Assembly: GCA_964016885.1 (NCBI GenBank)
Contig: OZ024747.1
Coordinates: forward strand, 87,358,001 to 87,422,000
Reading direction: 5' to 3'
Source of the DNA: Eledone cirrhosa
Taxonomy: Eukaryota
DNA: 64,000 nt
Shown: piece by piece, positions 15,001 through 28,900 of the stretch
Layout: the number at the start of each line of letters is the position of its first letter
How positions within the stretch are numbered: position 1 is the first letter of the stretch
Notes under the pieces: generated by a model
Database searches by the model: none
Seen by the model: only the letters and a program-made list of their open reading frames with translations
What the model was told of the DNA's origin: nothing
Made by a program: the position numbers and the translations under genes

Positions 15001-15513
15001 CGAAAGAAAAGTATTACAGAGCAGGAGGGAATGTGATTTCTGCGGGTCTGACACTCAATAAATGTCATTGTGTGTTTTTTGCAGGCGTGCGTATATATCT
15101 ACATACTTTCTTTTGTAGAATAATTTACTTGTTTGTGTGTAATTGTTTGTGTCGGCGTCTTTTTTGAAAGCTATCGTATTTGGAAGACCGCTTTTATTTG
15201 TATCGAAGCTTCATTACGATGTTTGAACAAGTCATGAATGGTCTGCTGCGTGTTTGAAGTAAAGCTTATTTAAGAAAGAAAAATAGTGTTCTTAACGTGA
15301 TTTTCTTCTTATACATGGTTCGATTGTTGTGCAGACATCGTATTTAGCCTCAATACTATAGTAGTTGTAATTCTAAATGAGGACATATCAGTTCAAAGGT
15401 CTTGCCAATTGAAAGTCAGATTAAGGATTTCAAAATGAGACTTTACGACTTACAAATGAGAGTAGCGATTTCAAAGTAAGATTAACACAATATATGTATA
15501 TGTATATATATAT

Positions 15514-15603
15514 AAATGTAAGTATGTATGTATACGTACATACATATATGTATACAGACGTACTAAGAGTGAGAAATGAAATTTCGTTTTCATTTTATTA
15601 CAA

Positions 15604-15606
<3 letters not shown>
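15514..15606. repeat. Rearranged fragment of the 500-bp HHR repeat unit
   Basis: atgtaagtatg...cagacgtac in direct orientation is joined to the reverse complement of aaaatgaaaacgaaatttcatttctcactctta from the 38-40 kb unit. Confidence 0.8.
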
Positions 15607-15693
<87 letters not shown>

Positions 15694-15885
15694 ATAGGAA
15701 CCAGTAAGACCCCGACAGCTGAGCTCAAGCCGTTTCGACGGCTAATTCAGTCCAGAATTAGCCGTCGAAACGGCTTGAGCTCAGCTGTCGGGGTCTTACT
15801 GGTTCCTATTACCCACTCTACTACCTCAAGTATTGAGTACTTTGGTGCGTTATGGTCCACCTGGTTCCTTACCACATTTCCTTCG

Positions 15886-15887
<2 letters not shown>
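15694..15887 (+). mobile_element. Family A fold-back element
   Basis: Inverted repeat 15694-15809, stem-loop 15815-15838, (TA)n on both sides. Confidence 0.75.
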
Positions 15888-15922
<35 letters not shown>

Positions 15923-16343
15923 CTTTGTCTATTTCAAACTTTAGTGGGATGTTTGAGCTAGGGTATCGGCGAGCTAGTGAATCATACTTCCTCACATTCA
16001 ATAGAAACACTTTTGACCACTTGTTGATGTAAGTTTGTTTTCTCTAATGTGTATCATTAGTTTGATATTTACACTACTGACTTCAATGTGGAAATTGGAC
16101 TCCGCCAAATGTGCATACTGTCGCCTCTATGAACATGGAAGGAGAAGCTGGAGGATATTAAAATATGAGAGAGAGGGGGAAGATAAAGAGAGAGAGAGAG
16201 TGAAAGAGAGAAAGAGAGAAAGAGAGAGAAACGGAAAGAAGGAGTTTAGTAAGAGGAGAAGAAAGACACTTGGTTTATATTGCACAATTAGATCGGTTTA
16301 ATAGCCCTTCCTTCATTTTTCTTTGAATACTACCTCGGAATTT

Positions 16344-16421
<78 letters not shown>

Positions 16422-16779
16422 TGTGTGTATGTGAGAGTGCGTGTGAGCGAGTGTGTGCATATATCGTACATACACATACTCATACATACACAAACACACA
16501 AACACACAAACACACATACATACATACACACACATATACATGCATACATACATACATACATACATACATACATACATACTTACATACATACAACTACTTG
16601 TGTGAATACACGCACGTTCAAAGAATACCACATACTGAAATATATTGAATGTAGCACCTGTCAACGATTAAAATGTCATCCAATGTTGTCTAACAACTTC
16701 AAAATTCACATAAAAAGCGACATGCGTCTTTCACCTGAACAGGTAACGTTCTATCAGGAATACTAACACACACACACAC

Positions 16780-16810
<31 letters not shown>

Positions 16811-16935
16811 TGAGTTAGTATTCCTGATAGAACGTTATATATATGTATGTAAAAGGTAAACAGAAATAACAACACAATCGGTACAGTATATGGAAGGCAT
16901 ATATTAGGTTAACGCTTGATATAGCAAGAAGAGGG

Positions 16936-16971
16936 TCTTAACGTTTCGGACGCTAGTCCTTCATCAGAAGA
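16936..16971 (-). ncRNA. Minimal type I hammerhead ribozyme (family C)
   Basis: UCUU-CUGAUGA-A-GGAC(UAGC)GUCC-GAA-ACGU-U/AAGA. Helix I is UCUU:AAGA; stem III is the palindrome ACGU, so it would need a dimer. Element spans ~16851-17035. Confidence 0.65.
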
Positions 16972-17234
16972 AAGAATGAGAAATAAAATAGATTGAGGAG
17001 ACGGGCGGGATGGAATTGGAAAAATATTTCGGTTTTGTATTTGTTTTGAAAGATTTCTTATCTGAAAACGTGTGTTGAAACCGATATCGTTATACTTTGG
17101 GAGGGTCATGCTGCCAATAGAAACACATGCACCTGTTGGTTTTCACTTCGATTTATTACAGATTTCCAGTTTGTTGGTTTAATAACCCACAAAAACAAAA
17201 TGGTGTAGGACAAAACAAAGGAGAGACACAATAT

Positions 17235-17500
17235 AGCATGAATGACAACATGACAACGGGCAACGATGCTTGAGCTCTGTCTATTCCATGGACTATGTAT
17301 CGCTAACACCTACTTCCAGGCCAAAGCTCAGCATAAAGTTTCCTGGCGTCATCATCACTCAGGGCACTACCACGAGCTAAATTCGATCCTCACAAGAGGC
17401 ATCCACCTGAGAGACGTGCTCCTGACACGGTCTTTACAGAGTGCTGACTGTGACACAAATCACTCCCTGGTTTGCTGCCATCTCAAACTCCAACCAAAAA
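17235..17500 (+). mobile_element. RTE (BovB-like) AP-endonuclease C-terminal fragment
   Basis: LELC..HGLCIANTYF..K..HKVSWRH..S...ADCDTNHSLV matches the RTE APE end motif. Confidence 0.85.
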
Positions 17501-18026
17501 TAATGCACAACGTTAAGTGTATCAATGGAATGCTACCCAGCAGTTAACCAAAAAAAAAAAAAAAAAAAACACTAGAAAAATCCCACCATCTTCACCAGTA
17601 GCAATAACAATAACAACAACAAAATGTATGGCTGCAGTCTACTGACTGAAACCCAGTAAAAGAATAAAAGAATAAAGAATCGAGACTATTTCTATCGTGC
17701 TTTAAAAAAACATTAGGAGAGGAGACAGCTTCATTTACCAGACGATCTCTTAAGAGACAGTTTAGTGAATAATTTTAGCTTAAATAAAAGGCATAAAAAG
17801 GAGCTGTTAGTGAAGGAACATTTGTCTGTCTGAAATGCTAATTTCTGAAATCAAGGACCACCAAATCAAACAACTTAAACGGATGCTTTTTACAACATTC
17901 CGACTCAAATATTTTTCACCTCGTGTTTTTTTAAAGGAGTATTCGAACTGGTTACCTGACTTGAATCAAGATAGTTAGGCAATGTAGATTCAAGTCATTA
18001 TACAGGCACATTACATATACAGACAC

Positions 18027-18081
<55 letters not shown>

Positions 18082-18085
<4 letters not shown>

Positions 18086-18308
18086 GGAGGTGAGTTTTAT
18101 TGTAGTACAATAAAGCAATGCAGATATCGGATAAGTTGATATGTTGATTTAAAACTGCACTATCAACAAGTGTTTTTTTTTTTTTTACCCTTCATATCAT
18201 GTTCTCCTATTTTATCTGATGAAAACACAAATATTATTGTTTGATGATGTTTGTTTCTGAAATGCGCATAATAAAATATATGGAACTCCTTTAACCATCT
18301 TTTGATCT

Positions 18309-18310
<2 letters not shown>
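18082..18310 (+). mobile_element. Family B HHR-bearing element in (TA)n
   Basis: Homologous to 35111-35435 and 62131-62309. Begins tgtaggagGTGAGT. Confidence 0.75.
18208..18278 (+). ncRNA. Type I hammerhead ribozyme (family B)
   Basis: UAUUUUAU-CUGAUGA-long stem II-GAA-AUGCGCAU-A/AUAAAAUA. Helix I has 8 bp and stem III is palindromic. Predicted cut at 18270/18271. Confidence 0.75.
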
Positions 18311-18370
<60 letters not shown>

Positions 18371-18396
18371 TGTATATATATATATATATATATACA

Positions 18397-18435
<39 letters not shown>

Positions 18436-18441
18436 TATAGA

Positions 18442-18573
<132 letters not shown>

Positions 18574-18933
18574 TGTATACAGGACTAAACAGTCAGACAG
18601 ACACAGAAAGATTGACAGATGCACACACTGACTTACTCAAACACATACACACACAAGCACATACATACTCACAAACATCCTCACGCACAAACATACAAAC
18701 ATACCAGAAATTGATTGAATATACACACACACATACATACACGCCCAAACACATACCCACATACACACATACACAAACGCACACATACCTACACCCTTAA
18801 GTGGCTGAATGTTTATCTTTTTTTTCTTTTTACTCATCTTTAACAAAAACTAAAACCCTAAAATTATTATATTTCATAACCCACCCTTCTAATTTGGGTG
18901 CTCCCATGAAATCTGAATGCTTTTAAACTTTTG

Positions 18934-19112
18934 GGCAGTATCGGTAAAGGGTCGTACGTCATGCTTTGCAGCATAGAGTTACGGCCCTTTATGATCTGAG
19001 TTCAAATCCCGCCGAGGTTAACTTTGCCTTTCGTCCTTATGGGGTCGATAAAATAAAGTACCAGTAATGTACTGGATAATTGCTGGCCTTGTGCCAAAAG
19101 TAGAAACAATTA
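18934..19112 (+). mobile_element. tRNA-derived SINE
   Basis: A box ggcagtatcgg, B box gagttcaaatc, and the same core and tail as other copies. Confidence 0.85.
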
Positions 19113-20077
19113 TTTCTTCTATATCTAGCTACATACACATACATACATACATATAAATACCATGAACACTATTGTTTATACAACTACATCTATTTTACTA
19201 ACTGCCACCCATCACTTTTCCACTCTTTTCTACTACTCTCTTTTCCATCCTTCTCCCGCCTTCCCTTTCTCTCCTTCCCTCTCTACCGCACTGGGGTCGA
19301 TTTAATCGACTGTCCTTTCCCCCAAAATTGCTGGCCATGTGCCTATATAAGAAACCATTATTTTGAATTTTGAATTAGCCAGGAGAAGGTGCTCTTCCCA
19401 TGACGCTTTTCATGACCTCTACGACTGATGAGAAAGAGGAAATAATTCCAACCTGGTTTCAATGCTTGGCCTGTATTAGAGTTGTCTGAGCTAATGAAAG
19501 CCAACGTCTACGGATTAAATCTATGACAATGAGGGGTTTATTATTTCAAACATTGAAGACAACTAGCAGGATTTCCAAAGAAAGAAACAAAGCCCTGTTA
19601 TTTTCTTATCTTTCTTTCCTTCCATGTCTACGATGTGATGATGAAATGATTGTTGGGGCCATGATATGAACGCTGTTTCTTGACTCCTTCACATAGAGAG
19701 AAAAAGAGAGTAAGGGAGGGGAGAAATCAAGCCAGCGTTTATATTTTTTATTGCTTTATCAAGACACGTAGATATCTGTACTATTAATTAAAGACGAAAT
19801 GGAGAGGCGGCAGCCGACTATCCTTTATCTTGTTATAGTAGAAATTTAATTAAATTTACTATGCATTAGTTATGGGTCTTTGCTGATACAAGCTGTAAAG
19901 CACACATCTTGAACCCTATTCCATACGTCCTCATTCTACCTTATATAACCTTCCTCTAATTTATCACTGTTCCATATAAATTTAATTTTCTATTTTATAA
20001 AGTTGCCCCTTCCCCCATCCATTTCGTCCCCCTTATTTAAAACTGATTGCGATTCAACAATCCGAAACAAAAATATA

Positions 20078-20290
20078 ATAATTGTTTCTACATTTGGCAC
20101 AAGGCCAGTAATTTGAAGTGAAGAAAAGTCGATTAAATCGATCTCAGTGCATAACTTCTACTTTATTTTATCGACCCCGTAAGGAAGAAAGGCAAAGCTA
20201 ACCTCGGCGGGATTTGGACTCAGGGCATGAAGGGCCGTAACTCTATGCCGCAAAGCGAGATGTCCGGTGTTCTACCGATACTAGCAATCC
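20078..20290 (-). mobile_element. tRNA-derived SINE
   Basis: Reverse complement of the same family. More diverged copies at ~5960, 7390, 21760, 24330, 42130, 45198, 58180, 58410 and 59760. Confidence 0.85.
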
Positions 20291-22274
20291 ACCGATTGGC
20301 TTAACGTATGCTGTATCTGTTAATGTTTTGTCTATATTCTTGTTAGTAGGGTCTCCATAGCTGTTCGTCTTGCTTTGTGTGGAAGTTTACATAGAAATGT
20401 CGTGATGTTGACCAATGTAGTCATATCTAGGATTTTTGCACGTACTGTAAGGAGATGTGTTGCGACGACTCCTGGTTGGAAGTTAATCGACGGGAAAGTG
20501 TAATGTTTGTGTGACATATTCCACAATATATGTGTGTTTGAGACGGAGTGTGTGTGTGTGTGTGAGTGTGTGTACGTGTATGTGTGTGCATGTACATATG
20601 TATGTACGTATGTATGTATTATGTCTGTGTATGTGTGCGTCAGTAAAATTTATGCTTACAAAAATTATCCTCGTTATAGTTAATTATTTTGAGGTTGCCC
20701 CTTATTGTGTATCATAATAGAACCACCTGGTCAGTGTATTTGAAGTTTATTACATTTGTTTATTCAAACAGGGAATGTTTGTTTGCAAACATATAGTCAG
20801 GCAGAGACAGTTTGTCTGAAATACTTCAAGAAATCTATCATGTTAAAATGTTAATGTCTGTAAGCTGTTTTGTATATTTGCTAATGATTTCCAGCATAGC
20901 TGGACCAGTTAAGCTTAAATAGTTGAAGCGGATAGTTTTAACGTGCTGGAATTTTGGTTCAACAGAACCCTCGAGATGTAAAGTCCCCGTCCTATGTGCT
21001 GCCTGTGTAAGGCGTGCAGGCATTCAAGAGTTCTATTCGTAACCACATTGTTTCAGATGTAGTCCCACTGCATGGTTCCTTCAGCAAGTATCTTGACCCA
21101 TTCCTTCTAAGGGAAATGTTCAAGAAATATCATCCTATGGTATGACACTTCTAGATAGCTAAGGTTTTAGAATATACAATATGGCTATAACAGTGTGGTT
21201 GTGAACCCCCATAAAAAGTGTCAAGATACGTAATAATGCTGAGTTTAATCCCAAATACTGTAGTAATAAAAAGTTACATGTAGACTATGAACTGTGACGT
21301 TTTATAACTACATAATTAAGATTATAAGAACGTCTTTTGGACCATCATATTTACGCCAGGATTACATTCTAATTAACAAAAGAAGTTTGTTGTTGTTTTA
21401 GCCCCAGCTCGTCCTTGATCAAGCTGCCCTGTAAACAAAAATAAACGAAGTAAAACATGCCTATTCCCTCCTTTCTGTTCATGCGTCAGATAACCAAAGT
21501 CGAGAATTATTGTGAATAAAAATCTATTTTGGGAAGCACACATAATTCACATAAAAGGAAATAATATATAATTGGTGTTGCCAAAAATGAGCTCTTGGGT
21601 CCTAAGAACGAACACATTCGACTGAACACATCTATAATATTGCTGACCATTATGGTCAGCAATATTATATGATCGATTAAACCCTTTTAAGGCAGTGCTT
21701 CAATAAAAGAAATGAGATGTAATCTGATTGTTGCAGTTATCCTAATTAGCAATGATAATAATTTCTAACTGACACACAATTACACAAATTTGTGAGGAGA
21801 GGGTTAGTTGATTAAATCGATCCCGGTACATACTTGACTAGTAATATATTTTATCAAAGAGGAAAAGCAAAGATGACCTCAGTGGGATTTGAAGTTAGGG
21901 CGTAAAGACCCGGGACAAATACAGCAAAGCATTTTGTCCGACATTCCAACGATTCTGGCAATCTACTGCTCATAGCTATGTTAATGACAGCTAATAATTA
22001 ACTATGATAATGACATCAAAATTTAAAAGGCAATCATGAGATAAAATGTAATTAAAGCCTTGTCTTACACTGTCCAAATTTAGCGTTGAAACATAGAAAA
22101 CACAGCATGACCGAATGGTTAGAATGTTCGGCTCACAATTATGAGGTCTTGGGTTCGATCTCGAGCAATTGCTATTTACCAAGGTTGACCTAGAAACATT
22201 TTAGAAGCCCATCAGATGGACTTTTCTTTCTGTTCGATTTAGCTGAAATGAAAGGGAAAAAAAGCAAATATGTT

Positions 22275-22480
22275 CATCCGGAGTGATTCCCTGATCTCCG
22301 AGCTACGCATTCTATCGAGTAACGCTACTCCAAAGACGTTTCGGGGGAACCCCATTTTGGCTGCTTGTATTCGCGATCGCATTCTTTCGGTCATTACACA
22401 AGATTCCTGACCATAGGTAAGGGTTGGCAAAAGTACTTGTCATTCAAAGGGCCAGCCTTGTCACTCATTTTCTCAGGCTA
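22275..22480 (-). mobile_element. RTE (Rex3-like) LINE fragment
   Basis: PTLTYGQES.VMTERMRSRIQAA.MGF.R......DRMRSSEIRESL. Confidence 0.85.
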
Positions 22481-22862
22481 TCCATGTAGAGTACGTTATA
22501 GGCACACGTCTCCTCGGGATGCTCACGTTAATTTCACGAGCAGAATTTTTTTCCGTCAGTCGAACATCTGGAACTCTCATCGTCGGAGCCAACGGAGATC
22601 CATCAGACAAAAATAACAACGGTAAAGACAACATTAACAACAACAATAACAACAGCAGCAATAACAGCAACACCAGCGACAACAACAGCAACAACAACAG
22701 CAGCCATAATCTCAGGGTTAACAATAACACCTGTCATGAATTCCCTTTCACATTACTGCCCTTTTAACTGGCGTGAAAATATGTCAAACTGGTGTTTTTT
22801 GTGAACTCTTCCTGAGTCTCTAGATATGTAGTTGTGTGACATCAGCTGTTGTTGCATGAGTG

Positions 22863-23910
22863 TATACATACATACTTACATACATACTTACATACATACA
22901 TACTTACATACATACTTACATACATACATACTTACATACATACTTACATACATACATACTTACATACATACTTACATACATACTTACATACATACATACT
23001 TACATACATACTTACATACATACATACTTACATACATACTTACATACATACATACTTACATACATACTTACATACATACATACTTACATACATACTTACA
23101 TACATACATACTTACATACATACTTACATACATACATACTTACATACATACTTACATACATACATACTTACATACATACTTACATATATACATACATACT
23201 TACATACTTACATACATACTTACATACATACATACTTACATACATACTTACATACATACATACTTACATACATACTTACATACATACATACTTACATACT
23301 TACATACATACATACTTACATACATACTTACATACATACATGCATACATACATACTTACATACATACTTACATACATACATACTTACATACATACTTACA
23401 TACATACATACTTACATACATACTTACATACATACATACTTACATACATACTTACATACATACATGCATACATACATACTTACATACATACTTACATACA
23501 TACATACTTACATACATACTTACATACATACATGCATACATACATACTTACATACATACATACATACATACATACTTACATACATACATACTTACATACA
23601 TACTTACATACATACTTACATACATACATGCATACATACATACTTACATACATACTTACATACATACATGCATACATACATACTTACATACATTCATGCA
23701 TACATACATACACACATGCACACATACATGCACACATACACACATACACACATACATACACACATACATACAGACACACATACATACATACAGCCACATA
23801 CATACACATACATACACACATACATACATACACACATACGTACATACACAGATACATACATACATACATGCATACATACATACACACACATACACACACA
23901 TACATACACA
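22863..23910. repeat. (CATA/CTTA)n tetranucleotide array
   Basis: Seen directly. Confidence 0.95.
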
Positions 23911-24140
23911 CTATATATATATATGTGTGTGTGTGGTTTGTGGGTGACAAATAGATAAAACTGGTCATTCCGTTTAGTTAATCATGATATAATAGTAGAA
24001 AAGCACTCTACGTAACGCGACTCATCCATGTTGAATCCCGTAGCTTGTGCAGATACTGAGTTAAATATAAATTTGTTTCAATGACACACACACATACACA
24101 CACAAACACACACACACACACACACACAAACAAACACACA

Positions 24141-24206
<66 letters not shown>

Positions 24207-24271
24207 TCCCCCCCCCCCCCCACACACACATATATATATATATATATATACATATACATGCATATTCACAC

Positions 24272-24305
<34 letters not shown>

Positions 24306-25069
24306 TTATGAGAGGGTGATAGAGAGGAAGTAAAAAAAGACAGAAGAAGATTCAATTCCAGTTTTAGATTCGTACTTTTTATCGACATCGAAAGGGTGGA
24401 AGACGGGATTTGAACTCAGAGTCCAGAAAGCCAGAACGAATGCCGCAAAGTCTTCTATCCGATATTCTAACAACTCTGCCAATTCGCCGGTCATCTACTT
24501 ATTACATGATAGTTAAACGCAATCCTGGAATATTTTATAAAACGAAAACGAAACAGAACTTAAGTGAAATTACATGGTCATGAAATTAAGTCGAAAAATA
24601 TATGACACAAAGATGGTCTCATAAAGAGAAACATCAAGTCTAGAAGAAAACCAGCCATCTAGTTTAGAACATAGAAACAAACCTTTGTGCGACACGAGGC
24701 CCACTCTCTAAATGTCTGAAGCGGTTAAGCTGACAATAAGCAAAAAAAAACCAAGAGGACCAGAGATTTCAAACAATGTAGGTTTCAAGTAACAGTATCC
24801 TACACTTATACGCATTTACATAAATATATAAATCCGCATACATATGTATGAGCTTATATACATAATATCGGGTGGCCACTGACTTTCGTAAGCCTTTTTG
24901 ACAGGTTTTCTTTTTCGTCCCGCAGGGTATCTAGTAACCGCACTCCTCATCAAACAGGTTTGGTGCTGTTGCTGATTTAGTCGCTAACGACAGAACCATG
25001 CATCATATTGTATTGGGTTACTTGGTACAAGTACTGCATTCACAAGCTACTTGAACCTCCACCCCACCC

Positions 25070-25135
<66 letters not shown>

Positions 25136-25421
25136 AAGGGATATCTAATGTGTTGGTAATTCAACAAATATATATATTTATAACTGATTCGAAGCACTCG
25201 ACAACTTTTCTGGAGTATAATATCAATGATATTAATAAATGGAAACTATATTTATAAAACCATATTTATTCTATTATATATATTTCAAGGGTACCAAAAC
25301 TTTAGTACGCTCTCATCAGATAAAATACAAAGTTTGTTTTATAAATATTGACATATCCAGGAAGGAGATCTTAACGGTTCAAGTTTTTCCTGGATAGTAT
25401 ATATATGTATATATATATATA

Positions 25422-25619
25422 TATGAAAAAGTATAACCCCGACCGCAGAGCTCAAGCCGTTTCGACGGGTATTTCTGGACTCAGTCCAGAAATAGCCGTC
25501 GAAACGGCTTGAACTCTGCCGTCGGGGTCATACTTTTTCATATTTCCCACTCTACTACCCTAAGTGTTGAGTACTCTGGTGCGTTTTGGTCCATCTGGTT
25601 CCTTACCACAATTCCTTTG

Positions 25620-25622
<3 letters not shown>
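25422..25622 (+). mobile_element. Family A fold-back element (long centre CTGGAC-TCA-GTCCAG)
   Basis: Inverted repeat 25422-25543, stem-loop 25549-25572. Confidence 0.75.
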
Positions 25623-25660
<38 letters not shown>

Positions 25661-25734
25661 ATGTGTGTGGCCTAGTGGTCAGGCTGTTGGACTAACCATT
25701 ATAAGGTCGTATAGGCCACACCCAGTCACTTCAG

Positions 25735-26007
25735 GTAGAGCCGCCGCTACTTCTCCGAATTGAGAGATCACAGCTCCGGTACAATGGTTATATGGTTAGA
25801 ATGTCTCAGGAAAGAATCGCCGGACAGATTTTATGGACAAAACCAACCGGCAGTAGACCTAGGTGTTGAACTCGGGAAAGATGGTTAGATAACATCCTTG
25901 AGCTTGGCAGGTCTTGCTTAGGGATCCAACCGAATCAGTTGGAGATGGTTGCTTCTGACAGGACCCGCTGGAAGGAGTGTTTGAAGATTCTGCCCCTGCG
26001 ACCCTCT

Positions 26008-26038
<31 letters not shown>

Positions 26039-26064
26039 AAGAAGAAGAAGAAGAAGAAGAAGAA
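25735..26064 (+). mobile_element. RTE LINE 3' end with (GAA)n tail
   Basis: Homologous to 11750-12020 (PLLLRIERSQLR); ends in (AGA)n. Confidence 0.85.
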
Positions 26065-26746
26065 ATTTGCATTATATTAAAATTAAGCATTTCAAGCAAA
26101 AAATATATTTTAAAATAAAAATATAATTTCACCTACAAATTGGTGCTTATACCGCGATTTCCTTTCAGCAAAGATATTAATGATATGATAATTAATTAAT
26201 TAATTCAGAAGCTGTAAAATCCTCAGTAAGCGATGTCTTAATAAATACCTTATGGCTTTTACAAGAAAATTCAAGTGAAATACCTTGTGTTGATACATGC
26301 CAAGACAGCAAAAACCATCTCTCAGCAAAAAGACACACTAATATCATAAATAAAATTCCATGTTCTTTAAAACAGAAGATCTGACGTCAAAAGCAGAGGT
26401 TGAAAGGGAAACTAGAAATAGACCCAGAATAAACTTCTAAATATAAAAACTATACCACGAAAATACAATAGTAAATATAGAGTAATGTAAATGTTAAAAG
26501 GTTAAATAGCTCAAATACTATATAGGCTAAAAACTATAATTTGTAGAGATTCAATTTTTCAAACATTATATTTAGGTGTAAAAATTTATAGTATATTAAA
26601 TCCCAAAATATATTTTGCAATCCCAAAATATATTTTAAAATGAAAATATAATTTCACCTACAAATTCGCGCTTATACAGGGTGGCCCATACATAAAAGTC
26701 GCGATACATAAAAAAAAAATTATGTTTTATAAGAAACAATTTATTC

Positions 26747-26817
<71 letters not shown>

Positions 26818-26901
26818 AAAGGTAAATAGAAATAACAACACAATCGGTACAGTATATGCAAGGGATATATTAGGTTAACGCTTGATATAGTAGGAAGAGG
26901 G

Positions 26902-26937
26902 TCTTAACGTTTCGGACGCTAGTCCTTCATCAGGAGA
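26902..26937 (-). ncRNA. Minimal hammerhead (family C), one helix I mismatch
   Basis: Same core as 16936-16971. Element spans ~26817-26995. Confidence 0.55.
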
Positions 26938-27332
26938 AAGAATGAGAAATAAGATAGATTGAGGGGACGGGCGGGTTGGAATTGGAAAAAATGTCTTTAG
27001 ATAAAAGTAACAGGTCCATTCATGTTGACATCTCTTGCAAAACTGTTGGTGCTGGCGTTTTGTGTATGATTTATTTTTAACGATTATAACGTCGTGGGTC
27101 CGATTCATTGACCGAGTTGTGTGTTGTTCTTGAACAAGACACTTCACTTCACATTACTCCAATACAGTCAGTGGAAAATAAGTACTAGCAATAGCTGGAG
27201 GTTTAACCTTGCAATGAACTGATGTTCTGTTCAGTTGAAGGGGGGTGTCTTTTACACTGAGTTGCTTAACGCCAAGGAAGCCGGGATAAGCACCGACTAA
27301 ATGAGCCTGCGGGTTTGAGACAGACTTATATA

Positions 27333-28373
27333 CAGTATCAGCCATGATATTTCGGACTCCTAAATTATAGATATCAACTAAATATTACTAAAATAATACT
27401 AATTTAGGATCATTGAAACACAATTTACGAGCAAAAGAGTATTCGAAAAACGAGGTGGTCAAAATGATTTAAATATTGTTCAAAATTACTTCGTTATTGA
27501 TGTATGCGCGTGTTTGGTTGTCGCGAGTCATGCTTAAGCATCTGATTTGTTATTGATCAGCTGATCCATTACGTGCTTTGTACGTGCACTTACATAACAT
27601 GCCTAGGAAACTTGCAACGCCAGCTTCTCTCTGGGAGGCAATTGTTAAATTACGCCAGGATGATTGTCTCTCCGACAGAGCCACAGCTGAAAGAGTTAAG
27701 AACCCCAAAATTGTCGTACATGATATACAAAACGATACGATGACATAGGCTCATGTAGCAGCAGAATTTCGCCTGGTAGAGCAAGAAACACCTCGAAGAG
27801 AGATGATCAAGCCATCGTACACATTGTAAAAAAAAGACCGTTTCATGACAGCATCAACGGTTTACTGAGAACTAAACGACTCTATGGGTATCAGAATCAG
27901 TATCTCCAAGAAGACTGCATCACGCCGCTTGATGGAACGAAACCTGCAAGCTCGCGTTCCAGCAGTCAAGCCGTTGATCAGTAAGAACAAGAAAGCCTGA
28001 TTATCCATCGTCACTAAACACGTTCTATAAACAGAAAGTCCACTTGAGCGATGAATCGAAGTTTAACTTGTTTGGTTCAGATGGCATGAGGTTCGTTCAT
28101 GGTGAAGAGCAGCGTTAAGTTTGCCGGAGGAAGTGTTATGACGTGGGGGATAATTTCAGCAGAATGTACTGGCCCACTTGTACGCTTACAGGGCAAGGTA
28201 ATTGTTCAAGTATACAAACAATTTCTACAGGAATATGCTGTGCCTCATATGAGAGAAACGCAGGATAATATCCCTTGTCACACGGCAAAGTTCATGAGGA
28301 GTTTCCTGGAGCAGAAGTAATTGTTATGGACAGGACTGCTCAAAGCTCCGACCTCAATCCGATTGAAAATGCC
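27333..28373 (+). mobile_element. Tc1-family DNA transposon remnant (5' TIR plus disrupted transposase)
   Basis: TA|CAGT start. ATG at 27599 gives MPRK...PGRARNTSKRDD...KPLIS...SDESKFNLFGSDG...VKFAGGSVMTWG...QDNIPCHTAK...SSDLNPIEN, with stops and frameshifts; 3' truncated. Confidence 0.9.
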
Positions 28374-28457
28374 GGAAGACCTGATATTGTATGTATGTAT
28401 ATATGTATGTATGCATGCATGTATGTTTGCATGTACCTATGTATATATGCATGTATG

Positions 28458-28625
28458 CAGTGTCGGATTTACCATTGTGCTTAGGTGTGCTTAAGTACAG
28501 GGCTCTGTTGGCCAGGGTGGGGGAATCTGCCTGCCAAAATAATTTATGAGGCTCCTTCAGGGCCCGAGTAAGGGGCCTCATAACCTAACTAGCATAGGGA
28601 CTCATTTGTCCTAAATCTGGCACTG
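28458..28625. mobile_element. hAT-like MITE, 168 bp
   Basis: TIRs CAGTGTCGGATTTA / TAAATCTGGCACTG. The 8-bp flanks catgtatg / catgcatg form a TSD with one mismatch. Confidence 0.75.
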
Positions 28626-28629
28626 CATG

Positions 28630-28900
28630 CATGTATGTATGTATATATGTATATATGTATGTATGTATGTATGTACGTACGTACGTACTTATGTATGTAT
28701 GTATGTATGTACGTACGTACGTACTTATGTATGTCTGTATGTATGTATGTATGTATGTATGTATGTATGTATGTATGTACGTACGTATGTATGTATGTAT
28801 GTATGTATGTATGTATGTATGTATGTATGTATGTACGTATGTATGTATGTACGTATGTACGTACGTACGTACGTACGTATGTATGTATGTACGTATGTAT
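28630..28900. repeat. (TATG/TACG)n array
   Basis: Seen directly. Confidence 0.95.
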
